A stretch of 52,094 nt of DNA, taken from NCBI GenBank assembly GCA_052168235.1, contig JBQLZK010000055.1, forward strand, positions 1 to 52,094, read 5' to 3'. The notes beneath the pieces were generated by a model. It did not search any database. It worked only from the letters and a program-made list of their open reading frames with translations, and was not told the origin of the DNA. How positions within the stretch are numbered: the first letter of the stretch is position 1; every line of letters begins with the position of its first letter. Positions 18,747 through 28,547 of the stretch are shown piece by piece. Source of the DNA: Thainema sp. Its GTDB lineage: Bacteria; Cyanobacteriota; Cyanobacteriia; Phormidesmidales; Phormidesmidaceae. The translations under genes and the position numbers were made by a program.

Positions 18747-21098
18747 CTAGCAGATTGACATAACCTGAGCGCGTTCAGCTGGTACATCAAAGCGATCCAG
18801 CATCATCACCTTATGCCAGGCCTGAACAAAGTCCTTGACCATGCGTTCATGGCCGTCGTTAGCGCCGTAGACTTCAGCAACCTGGCGCAGCTCTGCGTTG
18901 GAACCAAAGATCAGATCACAGCGGGTCGCAGTGAATTTGGTTTCGCCCGTTTTGCGATCGTCGATGCTGAAGGTCATTTCATGCTCGTCGGCAGGCTTCC
19001 ACTCGTAGTCCATGCTGGTCAAGACGCGGAAGAAGTCGTTGGTCAAGACACCGGGGCGATCGGTAAAGATACCGTGCTTGGAACCATCCCAGTTCTGATC
19101 CAGCGATCGCAGACCGCCGACAAGAACGGTCCACTCAGGCGCAGTGAGCGTCAGCAGGTGAGCGCGGTCGAGGAAAATCCGCTCTGGCTGCACCTTATAA
19201 CCAACCTCCTCATTGTGATAGTTGCGGAAACCATCGGAAACTGGCTTCAGCCATTCAAAGCTTTCTACATCGGTCAGCTCCTGAGTAGTATCCATCCGGC
19301 CTGGGGTAAACGGCACCGTGACCTCAATGCCCGCATCGTTTGCCGCCTTTTCAATCGCCGCGCAGCCACCAAGAACAATCGGGTCTGCCAGGGAGACTTT
19401 TTTGTTACCCGCTTGAGCGTTATTGAATTCGGATTGGATTCCCTTCAGGTTCGAAAGCACCTGACTAAGTTCTTGGGGGCGGTTTACCTCCCAGTTCTTT
19501 TGGGGATCGAGCGCAATCCGAGCACCATTAGCACCGCCACGCTTATCAGAATCGCGGTAGTTTGACGCCGATGCCCAAGCAGCTGACACCAGCGCTGAGA
19601 CTGGAAGCCCAGTGGCCAAAATCTTTTGCTTAAGAGACCGGATATCGGCTTCATTGACGACTTCGTGATCCAGTACTGGAATCGGATCTTGCCAGGACAG
19701 TTCTTCCTCCGGAACTTCTGGACCGAGATAGCGCACTTTGGGACCCATATCTCGGTGAGTCAGCTTGTACCAGGCCCGTGCGAAGACATCACTAAAATAA
19801 TCGAAGTCACTGATAAAGCGCTCACAGATTTCGCGATAGGTCGGATCAACCTTGAGTGCGATGTCTGAGGTCATCATCATCAACTCATTTTCAACGCCGG
19901 GCTGGTGAGCATCTGGCGTCTTGGGTGCAGTTGGGTCACTTGGCTTCCACTGAATGGAACCAGCTGGGCTCTCAGCCCGCTCCCACTCGTACTTAAACAG
20001 GTTCTCTAAGTAGCTGTTGTCCCACTGGATTGGATTTGGCGTCCAAGAACCCTCAATGCCGTTGGTCATGGTGAATTGAGCAAATCCAGTCCCTTCGGGA
20101 TTCTGCCATCCCAAGCCCATCGCCTGAATCGGCGCGGCTTCTGGTGCTGGACCAATCTTGTCCGACGAGACCATGCCATGACTCTTACCGAAAGCATGAC
20201 CACCCGCGATTAGCGCAACCGTTTCTTCATCGCCCATTGCCATTCGGGCAAAGGTCTCACGAATGTCACGGGCAGACAAGGCCGGGTCGCCTTCGCCGTT
20301 TGGCCCTTCAGGATCGACATAGATTAGCGACTGGTGCGAAGCTGCAAGCGGATTCTCAAGATCGTAATAGTCTTCGCTGGGCTGTCCTTGCCAGCGAATC
20401 GTACGGGTGACCATCTGGTCGGGATGGCCTTCGAGCTGCTTGCCGTTGCCGCCATTCTGCTGCTTGCCGTTTGCGCCAAAGGGTTGACCGTTCCAAAACT
20501 CAGGTCCCCAGTAGGTGGCGCGGTCTGCTTCCCAAGCGTCGATACGACCGCCGCCATAGCCAAACGTTTTGAAGCCCATGATCTCTAGGGCGCAGTTACC
20601 GACCAGGATCATCAGATCAGCCCAACCCAGGGCTGAGCCATATTTTTGCTTGATCGGCCAGAGTAACCGCCGGGACTTGTCGGTGTTGCCGTTGTCCCAC
20701 CAGGAGTTAATCGGGGCGAAACGCTGCATCCCTTGACTCGCTCCGCCGCGACCGTCGGCGATTCGATAGGTACCAGCGGAGTGCCAAGCCATGCGAACCA
20801 TCTGAGGGCCATAGTTGCCGTAGTCAGCAGGCCACCAGTCTTTTGAATCCGTCAGCAGTGCTTTGATGTCACTCTTGAGTTGCTGGAAGTCGAGCTTTTG
20901 GAACGCCTCGCGGTAGTCAAAGTCTCGGAGCGGGTTAGCTAGGGGTGAATTTTGGTGAAGCAGCTCGACCTGAAGCCGATTTGGCCACCAGTCATCGGTT
21001 TGTGGCTTGGAGCCAAGGGCACCGCCAACTCGATCACCTCGAAAAGGACATTTTCCAGGAGTGGCTTGGGGGGTGTTAGAGAGAGGGTTACTGACCAT
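18747..21098 (-). CDS. katG: Catalase-peroxidase
   Basis: [46 protein letters not shown] and [11 protein letters not shown] motifs; start at MVSNPL (21098) preferred. Confidence 0.96.
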   Translation of the reverse strand: MVSNPLSNTPQATPGKCPFRGDRVGGALGSKPQTDDWWPNRLQVELLHQNSPLANPLRDFDYREAFQKLDFQQLKSDIKALLTDSKDWWPADYGNYGPQMVRMAWHSAGTYRIADGRGGASQGMQRFAPINSWWDNGNTDKSRRLLWPIKQKYGSALGWADLMILVGNCALEIMGFKTFGYGGGRIDAWEADRATYWGPEFWNGQPFGANGKQQNGGNGKQLEGHPDQMVTRTIRWQGQPSEDYYDLENPLAASHQSLIYVDPEGPNGEGDPALSARDIRETFARMAMGDEETVALIAGGHAFGKSHGMVSSDKIGPAPEAAPIQAMGLGWQNPEGTGFAQFTMTNGIEGSWTPNPIQWDNSYLENLFKYEWERAESPAGSIQWKPSDPTAPKTPDAHQPGVENELMMMTSDIALKVDPTYREICERFISDFDYFSDVFARAWYKLTHRDMGPKVRYLGPEVPEEELSWQDPIPVLDHEVVNEADIRSLKQKILATGLPVSALVSAAWASASNYRDSDKRGGANGARIALDPQKNWEVNRPQELSQVLSNLKGIQSEFNNAQAGNKKVSLADPIVLGGCAAIEKAANDAGIEVTVPFTPGRMDTTQELTDVESFEWLKPVSDGFRNYHNEEVGYKVQPERIFLDRAHLLTLTAPEWTVLVGGLRSLDQNWDGSKHGIFTDRPGVLTNDFFRVLTSMDYEWKPADEHEMTFSIDDRKTGETKFTATRCDLIFGSNAELRQVAEVYGANDGHERMVKDFVQAWHKVMMLDRFDVPAERAQVMSIC

Positions 21099-21894
21099 AG
21101 ATTTTTTTCTTGGGGTTCGATTAGTTGCAATAGACCGCAATTTGAAAGGCATCAGAACGTCTGGTCAGTTGGGTTATAACCGACCTTTTCTCGTTGCCAG
21201 CATGAACGGTGCTGGGGTAAGGGTTACGTAATGGGAGGGAGGCGGAGACGATCTCGATAATCAGCTAATTACCCGCCATCACAGCGTCGATGCTCAAGTC
21301 TAGAGCGGCAACGATACCGACACCGACGAACAGATGGCCGTTGCGCCGATAATCTGAGCGATAGTTGCCTGGAGGAACAGCAGGCGAGAAACAGATCCGT
21401 TTCTATCTACATTGATCTGCAACTGCAGCGTAGCGGAAGAAAAATTTTCTTTAAATCATCCTCAGGGAAGTTACAGCAAAACAGAGAAAATGTTGCCCGA
21501 TGCTCTGCCCGTTTCTCGCTCAATTTGCCAACTAAGAATTGCCTGGTGGAGCGAGTTGCAACAAGCCATTGTGTCAGCTTGGAAGGCTCCGAAATTGACG
21601 CGGATTGCTTGCCATCGCAAGGGTTTGAGACTTGCAGGATCTGCACCGGGATGGAACCCTCAGATCCATGAGGTGAATTTTTTCATCACCTGAATGCAAA
21701 ACCTTAATTTTCCTAAACAAACCTGAAGTCTACATCCAGCCATCCGATAGCAGTGAACCAATTTAGCCCTTAGATTTCACAAAGTCTTCGACTCATGTAG
21801 GCGCTAAAGCAACCTCACAAGGTGTACTTTACCTGAAGGTTTGTTGAGGAGTGTTCAGGTCTTAATTTCAGGTGTTCTGTTTGGCTGATGGAGA

Positions 21895-22017
21895 TGCGAT
21901 CGCACAACAGACCCAAATGACCATCTAGCTGACAACTTATACTATTTATTCGTGTTACTTTAATCGTTCAACACCAAAGCAACACGAATAAAGTTTGTGA
22001 CATTGGAAGTGAGATCG
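21895..22017. repeat. HIP1-bounded ~120-bp element, copy A, with 17-bp inverted repeat (21945-21961 / 21976-21992)
   Basis: Direct homolog of 44950-45073; first 67 nt differ at only 5 positions. Confidence 0.85.
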
Positions 22018-22043
22018 TTGCAACTTGTTCTTTAACCACATCC

Positions 22044-24072
22044 GTTTCAATCCCTGAGAGGGTTTGAGGGTGATCGCAACCAAAACGTTGTTCTCCCGTT
22101 CCTGGTCAAGCGATTGGTTTCAATCCCTGAGAGGGTTTGAGGGTGATCGCGACCGTAAGTCCGGCCAGAACGCTGCCGCCCGCTTTGTTCCATCGTTTCA
22201 ATCCCTGAGAGGGTTTGAGGGTGATCGCGACTGGTCGTACCTAACAAAAACTGAGCACCAGCCAACAAGCTGTTTCAATCCCTGAGAGGGTTTGAGGGTG
22301 ATCGCGACGCACCATCGAAGCTTATGGCGGTGCTGGCTCGGCGTTTCAATCCCTGAGAGGGTTTGAGGGTGATCGCGACAATGCTAGACAAAGATCGAAA
22401 GCGATCTATAATCGGGTTTCAATCCCTGAGAGGGTTTGAGGGTGATCGCGACGCCGCCGCGACCGGGCGGAACTTTTTTGGATCTCCGTTTCAATCCCCG
22501 AGAGGGTTTGAGGGTGATCGCGACACTCTCTGCAAATGCCTATCCTGGCTGCTTAATGGGTTTCAATCCCTGAGAGGGTTTGAGGGTGATCGCGACTCGC
22601 CATAACGACCAACCTTTACCCGGCGGCGAATGGAGAAGTTTCAATCCCTGAGAGGGTTTGAGGGTGATCGCGACGCGGAAATCTTTCGATGCGATCGCAA
22701 ATTAAAGTCGTTTCAATCCCTGAGAGGGTTTGAGGGTGATCGCGACCCCCGGTATGTCCTCAGCAGTGGGAACCTCTCCTGTGTTTCAATCCCTGAGAGG
22801 GTTTGAGGGTGATCGCGACGCCCGACCAATCGACACCATCAAGAGATTGAAGCATACGGTTTCAATCCCTGAGAGGGTTTGAGGGTGATCGCGACGCCCC
22901 GGTCATCGCTCAGAACAGCCTGCCAGCACTTTGTTTCAATCCCTGAGAGGGTTTGAGGGTGATCGCGACCGAATCGAAACCGCTGTTTTACCTCTCGTGA
23001 ACTGGCTGAGTTGTTTCAATCCCTGAGAGGGTTTGAGGGTGATCGCGACTCGCGACGCATCGCCAGAGGGCTTTAACACTCGTCTAAATTTGTTTCAATC
23101 CCTGAGAGGGTTTGAGGGTGATCGCGACTACCCCGCTGGATTGGATGCAGCAGCACTATTCCGTTTCAATCCCTGAGAGGGTTTGAGGGTGATCGCGACG
23201 ATTAGCTGCAAGTCCTTTGGGTCTAAGTCGGGGTGTTTCAATCCCTGAGAGGGTTTGAGGGTGATCGCGACGGAGTTGTTAAAGCTGACAGTTGTCATTT
23301 TCAACGTTTCAATCCCTGAGAGGGTTTGAGGGTGATCGCGACCAGTAAATAAGCTCAAACCCCTCAGAACGGTCGTTTGGTTTCAATCCCTGAGAGGGTT
23401 TGAGGGTGATCGCGACCGGCTGGAGCAGATCAGCAGCCAATACGACTGGCAAAGTTTCAATCCCTGAGAGGGTTTGAGGGTGATCGCGACTACCCGGCAA
23501 GCCCCTAGCAATAGACAGGCAATGGTTTCAATCCCTGAGAGGGTTTGAGGGTGATCGCGACGGCTCCACGGCAATAGTCACCATCCCGATTTACCAAGTT
23601 TCAATCCCTGAGAGGGTTTGAGGGTGATCGCGACATGACCCGTTGACTTAGCTAGTGCGATCGCATCCGTTTCAATCCCTGAGAGGGTTTGAGGGTGATC
23701 GCGACTAAGCACCTGTCTGAGCATGGCATTGAGCATGGCCTGTTTCAATCCCTGAGAGGGTTTGAGGGTGATCGCGACCGGGCCTCAAAAAGCTATCCGG
23801 GGGGATGTACTCGGTTTCAATCCCTGAGAGGGTTTGAGGGTGATCGCGACAAGAAGGATTGAGCCGTAGCAACATTATCAAAAAAATGTTTCAATCCCTG
23901 AGAGGGTTTGAGGGTGATCGCGACACCCAGCAGTCGCCAACGGAGCGACATGGCATCCAGCACGTTTCAATCCCTGAGAGGGTTTGAGGGTGATCGCGAC
24001 AATGTATCCGGCCTATGCAACGTTGGTAGTGAGGCGTTTCAATCCCTGAGAGGGTTTGAGGGTGATCGCGAC
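22044..24072 (-). CRISPR. CRISPR array: 28 repeats of 37 nt (GTCGCGATCACCCTCAAACCCTCTCAGGGATTGAAAC) and 27 spacers of 34-43 nt
   Basis: Repeats counted directly; variants at 22044 (leader-distal, ...GCAAC on +) and 22488 (CCCCGAG); ATTGAAAC 3' end and leader next to cas2 give the orientation. Confidence 0.98.
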
Positions 24073-24323
24073 GGCGGGAGGCCGTAATGCCTATTATATT
24101 TAGTTTTCAAGGTGCGAATGCGCGAATCGCTCACATTATCGTATCGAAACTGGAGAGCGATGGAAAACCACATCAGTTAAAAATCCTAAATGCCTTGTTG
24201 TGCCTACCGTTCAGCAACTGCGCGAACCTCAATCTCAGTTTCATCATCTGTATCCCTTGCCACGTCAGCCATTCAGCCTGCTCTAGTCCTAATCGCTGAT
24301 TTGAGACCACCCCATCCGCGCAA
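24073..24323 (-). promoter_or_regulatory. CRISPR leader
   Basis: Non-coding stretch between cas2 and the first repeat; TGCGCGAA at 24119 and 24219, plus an inverted CCGCGCAA at 24316. Confidence 0.75.
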
Positions 24324-24596
24324 TCAGGCAAAGAATATGGAATCATCGCGAACCGGTTCCCCACCAATCCGTTCTACCTTATTTGAACAGCACGCGCACA
24401 GAAAATAGAACCGGATACTGTCCTGCTCCGGCTTAATCATTTGGTTCAGCCGCGATCGCAACTTAGCATATTCCGTCTCCGTCACATCACATTCAAACAA
24501 ACTGAACTGCATCCACTGCCCATAGGACTTGAGCACCTTGTGAATGCGAGTGCGGCGCTTATCGTCTGAGATATCGTAAGAGACAACAATATGCAT
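24324..24596 (-). CDS. cas2: CRISPR-associated endoribonuclease Cas2
   Basis: VVSYDISDDKRR..., YGQWMQFSLFEC and DSIRFY motifs. Confidence 0.95.
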   Translation of the reverse strand: MHIVVSYDISDDKRRTRIHKVLKSYGQWMQFSLFECDVTETEYAKLRSRLNQMIKPEQDSIRFYFLCACCSNKVERIGGEPVRDDSIFFA

Positions 24597-24625
24597 AACT
24601 GACTACGACTGGCACGGTGCGATCG

Positions 24626-25627
24626 CTACTTCAAAATCAGCGGTGGATACTTCTCAATGTCCTGCATCAAATACTTCGCGAGCAGTCGAGCTTGAATCTC
24701 AAACACCTCTTGGTACGTACATTGTCGGCCCATCACGGGATGCTTGAACTTTGACTGCTTCTTCTGTTCATACAGGCGCAAAAACGTGCGACGCCCCTCA
24801 TCCGACAGTGACACCGCTCGACTCAACGGCTCGCTCTCGAAATCCTTTGGCAGCAAAGACTTGCGGTTGATCGCTGTCAACACCACTGCATCCACCACCA
24901 ATGGACGAAACTCTTCCATCAAGTCCAGTACGAGAGATGGCCTGCCATAGCGTTGCATATGGAGGTAGCCCAGATAGGGATCAAAACCAACGATGTTAAT
25001 CGCGCTTTGAATATCGTGCCGCAGAATCGCATAGCCAAAGCTCAGCAACGCATTCACCGGATCGGTTGGTGGCCGCCGCTGTCGAGTTTTGAACGTGAAA
25101 TCCGGCACGCGAATCAGCTGGTTGAAGCTACCGAAGTAAGCCGCACTGCCTGCGCCCTCCAAGCCGCGTAGTGAGTCAATCGATTGGGTCTTGTTGATCG
25201 GCGTAATGGTCTGTTCCAGCTTCGTGATCGCCGAGTGCAGATTCGCCCCCGTATCCCGCTGCTATCGCAACAAGCTATTGCGATAGTTCTTCAGCTTGCC
25301 CCGGATAAAGCCCTGTACGACATGAACCGCTTGCTCTGTTTGGCCTGCTGCCTGCCACTGAGCCGCCCGCACAAAAATATTATTGGTTAGAGGCGGTTCC
25401 AAACGCCCTAGATAGCGACCCGTTCCGGTCAGGAAACTGAGCGGGATTTTGCGCTCAAGCAGCTCCATCAATGCCGCTGGTGACACCGTAGCTCGCCCCA
25501 GCACCACCACACCATCGACCTTGATCATCGGTACATCCAGAATCGTTCGCCGATTGGAGCGGACGCGCAGGCGCTCATCGGTCTTGCCAATGAAGGCATC
25601 ATCGGTTGTTATGTAGACGGTTCCCAT
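24626..25627 (-). pseudogene. cas1: Type I-D Cas1 interrupted by one in-frame TAG at 25262-25264
   Basis: The frame reads straight through the stop (LLR*QRDTGANLHSAITKLEQ...LRGLEGAGSAAYF); NALLSFGY, GYLH and DLMEEFR are intact. Confidence 0.92.
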
Positions 25628-25629
25628 TT

Positions 25630-25732
25630 TCTTTAGTTATTAGTTCTTAATTTTGAGTTTTGAGTTATTAGTTTTGAGTTGAAAGTTTTGGGTTTTGGAT
25701 TGCTAATTCAAAACTCAAAATTCTTAACTCTT
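25630..25732. repeat. STRR-like heptamer tandem repeats forming an inverted pair (TTTTGAG / CTCAAAA)
   Basis: ttttgagttttgagttattagttttgag ... ttcaaaactcaaaa between cas4 and cas1. Confidence 0.75.
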
Positions 25733-26326
25733 CTACTCGCTTTCTCGATATCGGCTCACTTTTTGTTGTGCTTGGGGTAAACACTGCTGATATAAGCTGC
25801 AACCCCGGCAGCGTTTGCTGCAGATGGCGGGTGGCATCTGGCCGGTTTGGAATAGGGTTTGTACCGCTTCAATGGTTGCGATCGCAGTCACTCGGAGTAA
25901 CTCAGAAATCTCAACCAACTGTCGTTGATGAGACTGGGCATAGTAGAGATAGCCTTGGCCAATCGATTGTCCGGTCATGTCTTCTAGACAGAGCGCTTGC
26001 GCACAAACTTGCAGCTCGTCATTATCAAACTCGCCCCGTTTGCCCCGCTTGTATTCAACTGGATACAGGGTGCCATCAATCTCTTCAATCAGATCCGATT
26101 TGCCAATCAAGCCATAGCGATCGCTCTTGAGCCAAACCGCTCGCACTTGCCAGGTCTCGGGACGACTTTCCTGCCCAACCGTATGCACCCGGTCATGGAG
26201 GTTGGTGCCTTCAACCGTGTACTGATTATCCACAAAGCCATCGGTACAGAACATGCGCCAGCAGCGATGGGGACAGTAGGCATATTGGTTGAGGGCAGCG
26301 ATGGGGATTGGGTCGGGTATAGTCAT
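25733..26326 (-). CDS. cas4: CRISPR-associated exonuclease Cas4
   Basis: YCP Cys, D...VEYKRG RecB motif, Q..AQALCLE and C-terminal CxxCxxxxxC. Confidence 0.95.
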   Translation of the reverse strand: MTIPDPIPIAALNQYAYCPHRCWRMFCTDGFVDNQYTVEGTNLHDRVHTVGQESRPETWQVRAVWLKSDRYGLIGKSDLIEEIDGTLYPVEYKRGKRGEFDNDELQVCAQALCLEDMTGQSIGQGYLYYAQSHQRQLVEISELLRVTAIATIEAVQTLFQTGQMPPAICSKRCRGCSLYQQCLPQAQQKVSRYRESE

Positions 26327-26408
26327 GAGTTTTGAGTTTTGAATGTTGAGTTTTGAATGCAGAGTTCATGAGCTGGGAATTCTAGGTTTTTGGGTATGGG
26401 GTGTTGTT

Positions 26409-26756
26409 GTGGCTGAGAGCGTTATTCAGAGAAAAAGCTTTGAGTTTGCTTTAAAGATGATTGAGCTTTATCAAAAGCTGGAAAAGCAAAAAGAGTTTGT
26501 TCTTTCTAAGCAGTTGTTACGCAGCGGAACTAGCATAGGTGCCAATGTTGAGGAAGCAACAGCAGCCCAAAGTCGTAGAGACTTCTTATCTAAAATGTCG
26601 ATTGCCTCAAAGGAAGCACGAGAAACCAAATACTGGTTAAAACTCCTACAGGAATCAGAGTTGACCAATCTCGATCTAACATCAGAAATTAATCAAGCTG
26701 ACGAAATCATTCGCATTCTTACCGCAATTGTAAAAACCACAAAAATCACCTCTTAA
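26409..26756 (+). CDS. Four-helix-bundle protein (bAvd/S23-IVS-like)
   Basis: KQLLRSGTSIGANVEEA...DFL.K..IA.KEARET.YWL; antisense to the cas genes; flanked by heptamer repeats (26326-26400, 26752-26816). Confidence 0.85.
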   Translation: MAESVIQRKSFEFALKMIELYQKLEKQKEFVLSKQLLRSGTSIGANVEEATAAQSRRDFLSKMSIASKEARETKYWLKLLQESELTNLDLTSEINQADEIIRILTAIVKTTKITS

Positions 26757-26817
26757 CTCAAAACTCAACATTCAAAACTCTCAATTAAACTTCACACTCA
26801 AAATTCCTAACTCTTAG

Positions 26818-27744
26818 CTAAATCCTTTTGCATATCCCCATGCCCATCGTCGTCTTTCGACCCACGCCCGCATAAAGCGCAAAGTCAGCCAGCGTATTCA
26901 ACTGCTTGATCGTGCTGGCATCGACGTTACCTAGAATCTGGTACGTCACCGTGCCAACGCAGCCCATGAACTGATTGCAGGGACTCGTTTTCGCGCCCGT
27001 ATGCTGAAACTGGTCGCGCGGATCGGTAGCGACTTGGGTTTCAATATCAAATTGGCTCGGCTGAATCACGTGCAGAATCTCATCCGAAAAAGGCAGCTCA
27101 CTGTACTGGTTCCAGCGGCGCAGCAGGCTACCAAAGACACGCTCCGGAGTGGGCAGAGCCGAGTCGTATTTACCCTGTCGAAAAGCTGTCGGCGTACAAA
27201 ACTGAAGCATCAGTTTGCGAGAGTGCTTTGGGCTGACTGCGTCAACGCGCTCAGAGGCTTGCTCATAAAGCTGCTGATAGTTGCAGAAGTTGGCCCAGGG
27301 TTGCGTACTTTGGGGCGTACCTAGAATGCTGGTGATCTGCAAATCAGCGGGTCCCAAATGCCAGGGTTGATTGGGATTGAGATTGAGCCAAAGCTGACTT
27401 AAGCGACCAAATAGGCGATCATCCAGCAACGAAATGCGCCACCAGCAGGGAGTTCCAGGTGAAACCGGTTGCCGATATTGCCATCTCATCAAACTCGGAG
27501 GCTGCGGCTTGGCAGTGCGGGTAGTTTTGGGCTTAGGTAAGTGCGATCGCGATGAATGCTGTGCAAGCTGTAGGGGGCTGAGGGTAAAAGATTTGTTGCT
27601 CCGATTCGCGTGCAGTTGGTTGCCCATCTCAACATCCACGGAGCTAACCAAATTGAGAAAAAGGGCATGCAAATGTTTACCTGAGGTGAAGCCTGGAGGA
27701 ATGGGCGATTCAGGTAAAAGGTTGAGGACAAGACTATGTGGCAT
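26818..27744 (-). CDS. cas6: CRISPR-associated endoribonuclease Cas6
   Basis: MPHSLVL, HLHALF, TPTAFRQ and C-terminal YAGVGRKTTMGMG glycine loop. Confidence 0.95.
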   Translation of the reverse strand: MPHSLVLNLLPESPIPPGFTSGKHLHALFLNLVSSVDVEMGNQLHANRSNKSFTLSPLQLAQHSSRSHLPKPKTTRTAKPQPPSLMRWQYRQPVSPGTPCWWRISLLDDRLFGRLSQLWLNLNPNQPWHLGPADLQITSILGTPQSTQPWANFCNYQQLYEQASERVDAVSPKHSRKLMLQFCTPTAFRQGKYDSALPTPERVFGSLLRRWNQYSELPFSDEILHVIQPSQFDIETQVATDPRDQFQHTGAKTSPCNQFMGCVGTVTYQILGNVDASTIKQLNTLADFALYAGVGRKTTMGMGICKRI

Positions 27745-27851
27745 GGCGGTTACTGAGTTCTAAGCTTGTGGTTTTGAACGTAGGCACTAGAAAGTTTTAG
27801 CATTGTGATTAAGCTGATAATCTGAGCCGTGCAATCAAAGGAGAGGGTTGA

Positions 27852-28256
27852 ATGCAAATTGATGATTATGGACAGGCGATCGCCCTCAAGAACAAATTGG
27901 AGGCGGCATTACCGTTTCGAATTCGACCGGGTCAGCAATTGCTGAAAGCGATGAAGGATGAACCCATTTCGGCAACGACCTGGCTGGACGTAGACTCAGT
28001 CATGTATGCCGGGGATGAAGGCGGCATTTTGCTAAATTTGATTCCCAGTGGTGATAGTTCAAAATCGGTGTATTCCACATCGTTGACCCATGTCGTATTT
28101 GATCCAAGACATGAGTTGGCGGCAGAGGTGCAGGCATATCAGCGGGAGAGAACGCGACGATTAATGATGCAGGATCGAGGTGGCTTTGCGGCAGAGTTGT
28201 TAGCGCAGCGACCTTCGCAAAGACGTAAGACGAAGCGCAAAGGGTTTGGCAAATAG
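27852..28256 (+). CDS. Hypothetical protein (antisense insert in the cas operon)
   Basis: AGGAG RBS; 134-aa ORF ending in KGFGK; no recognised family. Confidence 0.65.
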   Translation: MQIDDYGQAIALKNKLEAALPFRIRPGQQLLKAMKDEPISATTWLDVDSVMYAGDEGGILLNLIPSGDSSKSVYSTSLTHVVFDPRHELAAEVQAYQRERTRRLMMQDRGGFAAELLAQRPSQRRKTKRKGFGK

Positions 28257-28281
28257 AAAGAGAACAGGAGATTCAAGGGTA

Positions 28282-28545
28282 TCAACGTCCGTGCCAGTCT
28301 TCTTCCGCAATATGGTTATAACTATGCAAGTAAACAACAGGCGTCATAGGAACTTCTGGTAGAGGTTCTGGATGTTCATCATTGGAACCGTGAGCCCCGT
28401 AGTACCAGGTTTTGTTGATGTTGAGCTGCATAGAAAGCGGCTTGACTTCCTGAATATCGTTGTAACCACTTTCGTAGCCACGCACGACAACAGGTGTATC
28501 TGGCGGAAATTGAGAGAGCGCTTCGATGAGTTCTTGGACAGTCAT
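28282..28545 (-). CDS. Hypothetical protein
   Basis: Starts 2 nt after the csc1 stop; MTVQELIEALSQFPPDTPVVV.GYE.G looks like a real small mobile-element protein. Confidence 0.65.
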   Translation of the reverse strand: MTVQELIEALSQFPPDTPVVVRGYESGYNDIQEVKPLSMQLNINKTWYYGAHGSNDEHPEPLPEVPMTPVVYLHSYNHIAEEDWHGR

Positions 28546-28547
28546 GG

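Noticed and set aside
18813..19565. 250-aa ORF antisense to katG, and similar shadow ORFs in cas10d, csc2, cas3, recD2 and the CPBP gene
   Set aside because: They fully overlap well-supported genes and show no motifs
22047..23574. ORFs overlapping the CRISPR array
   Set aside because: Their translations are periodic products of the repeats and are not genes
26409..26756. Diversity-generating retroelement suggested by the bAvd-like gene
   Set aside because: No reverse transcriptase and no adenine-specific TR/VR repeat pair in the window
27829..27852. Possible degenerate CRISPR repeat (creA-like), gtgcaatcaaaggagagggttg
   Set aside because: Short gapped similarity only; it is explained as the RBS of the 27852 ORF and has no partner repeat
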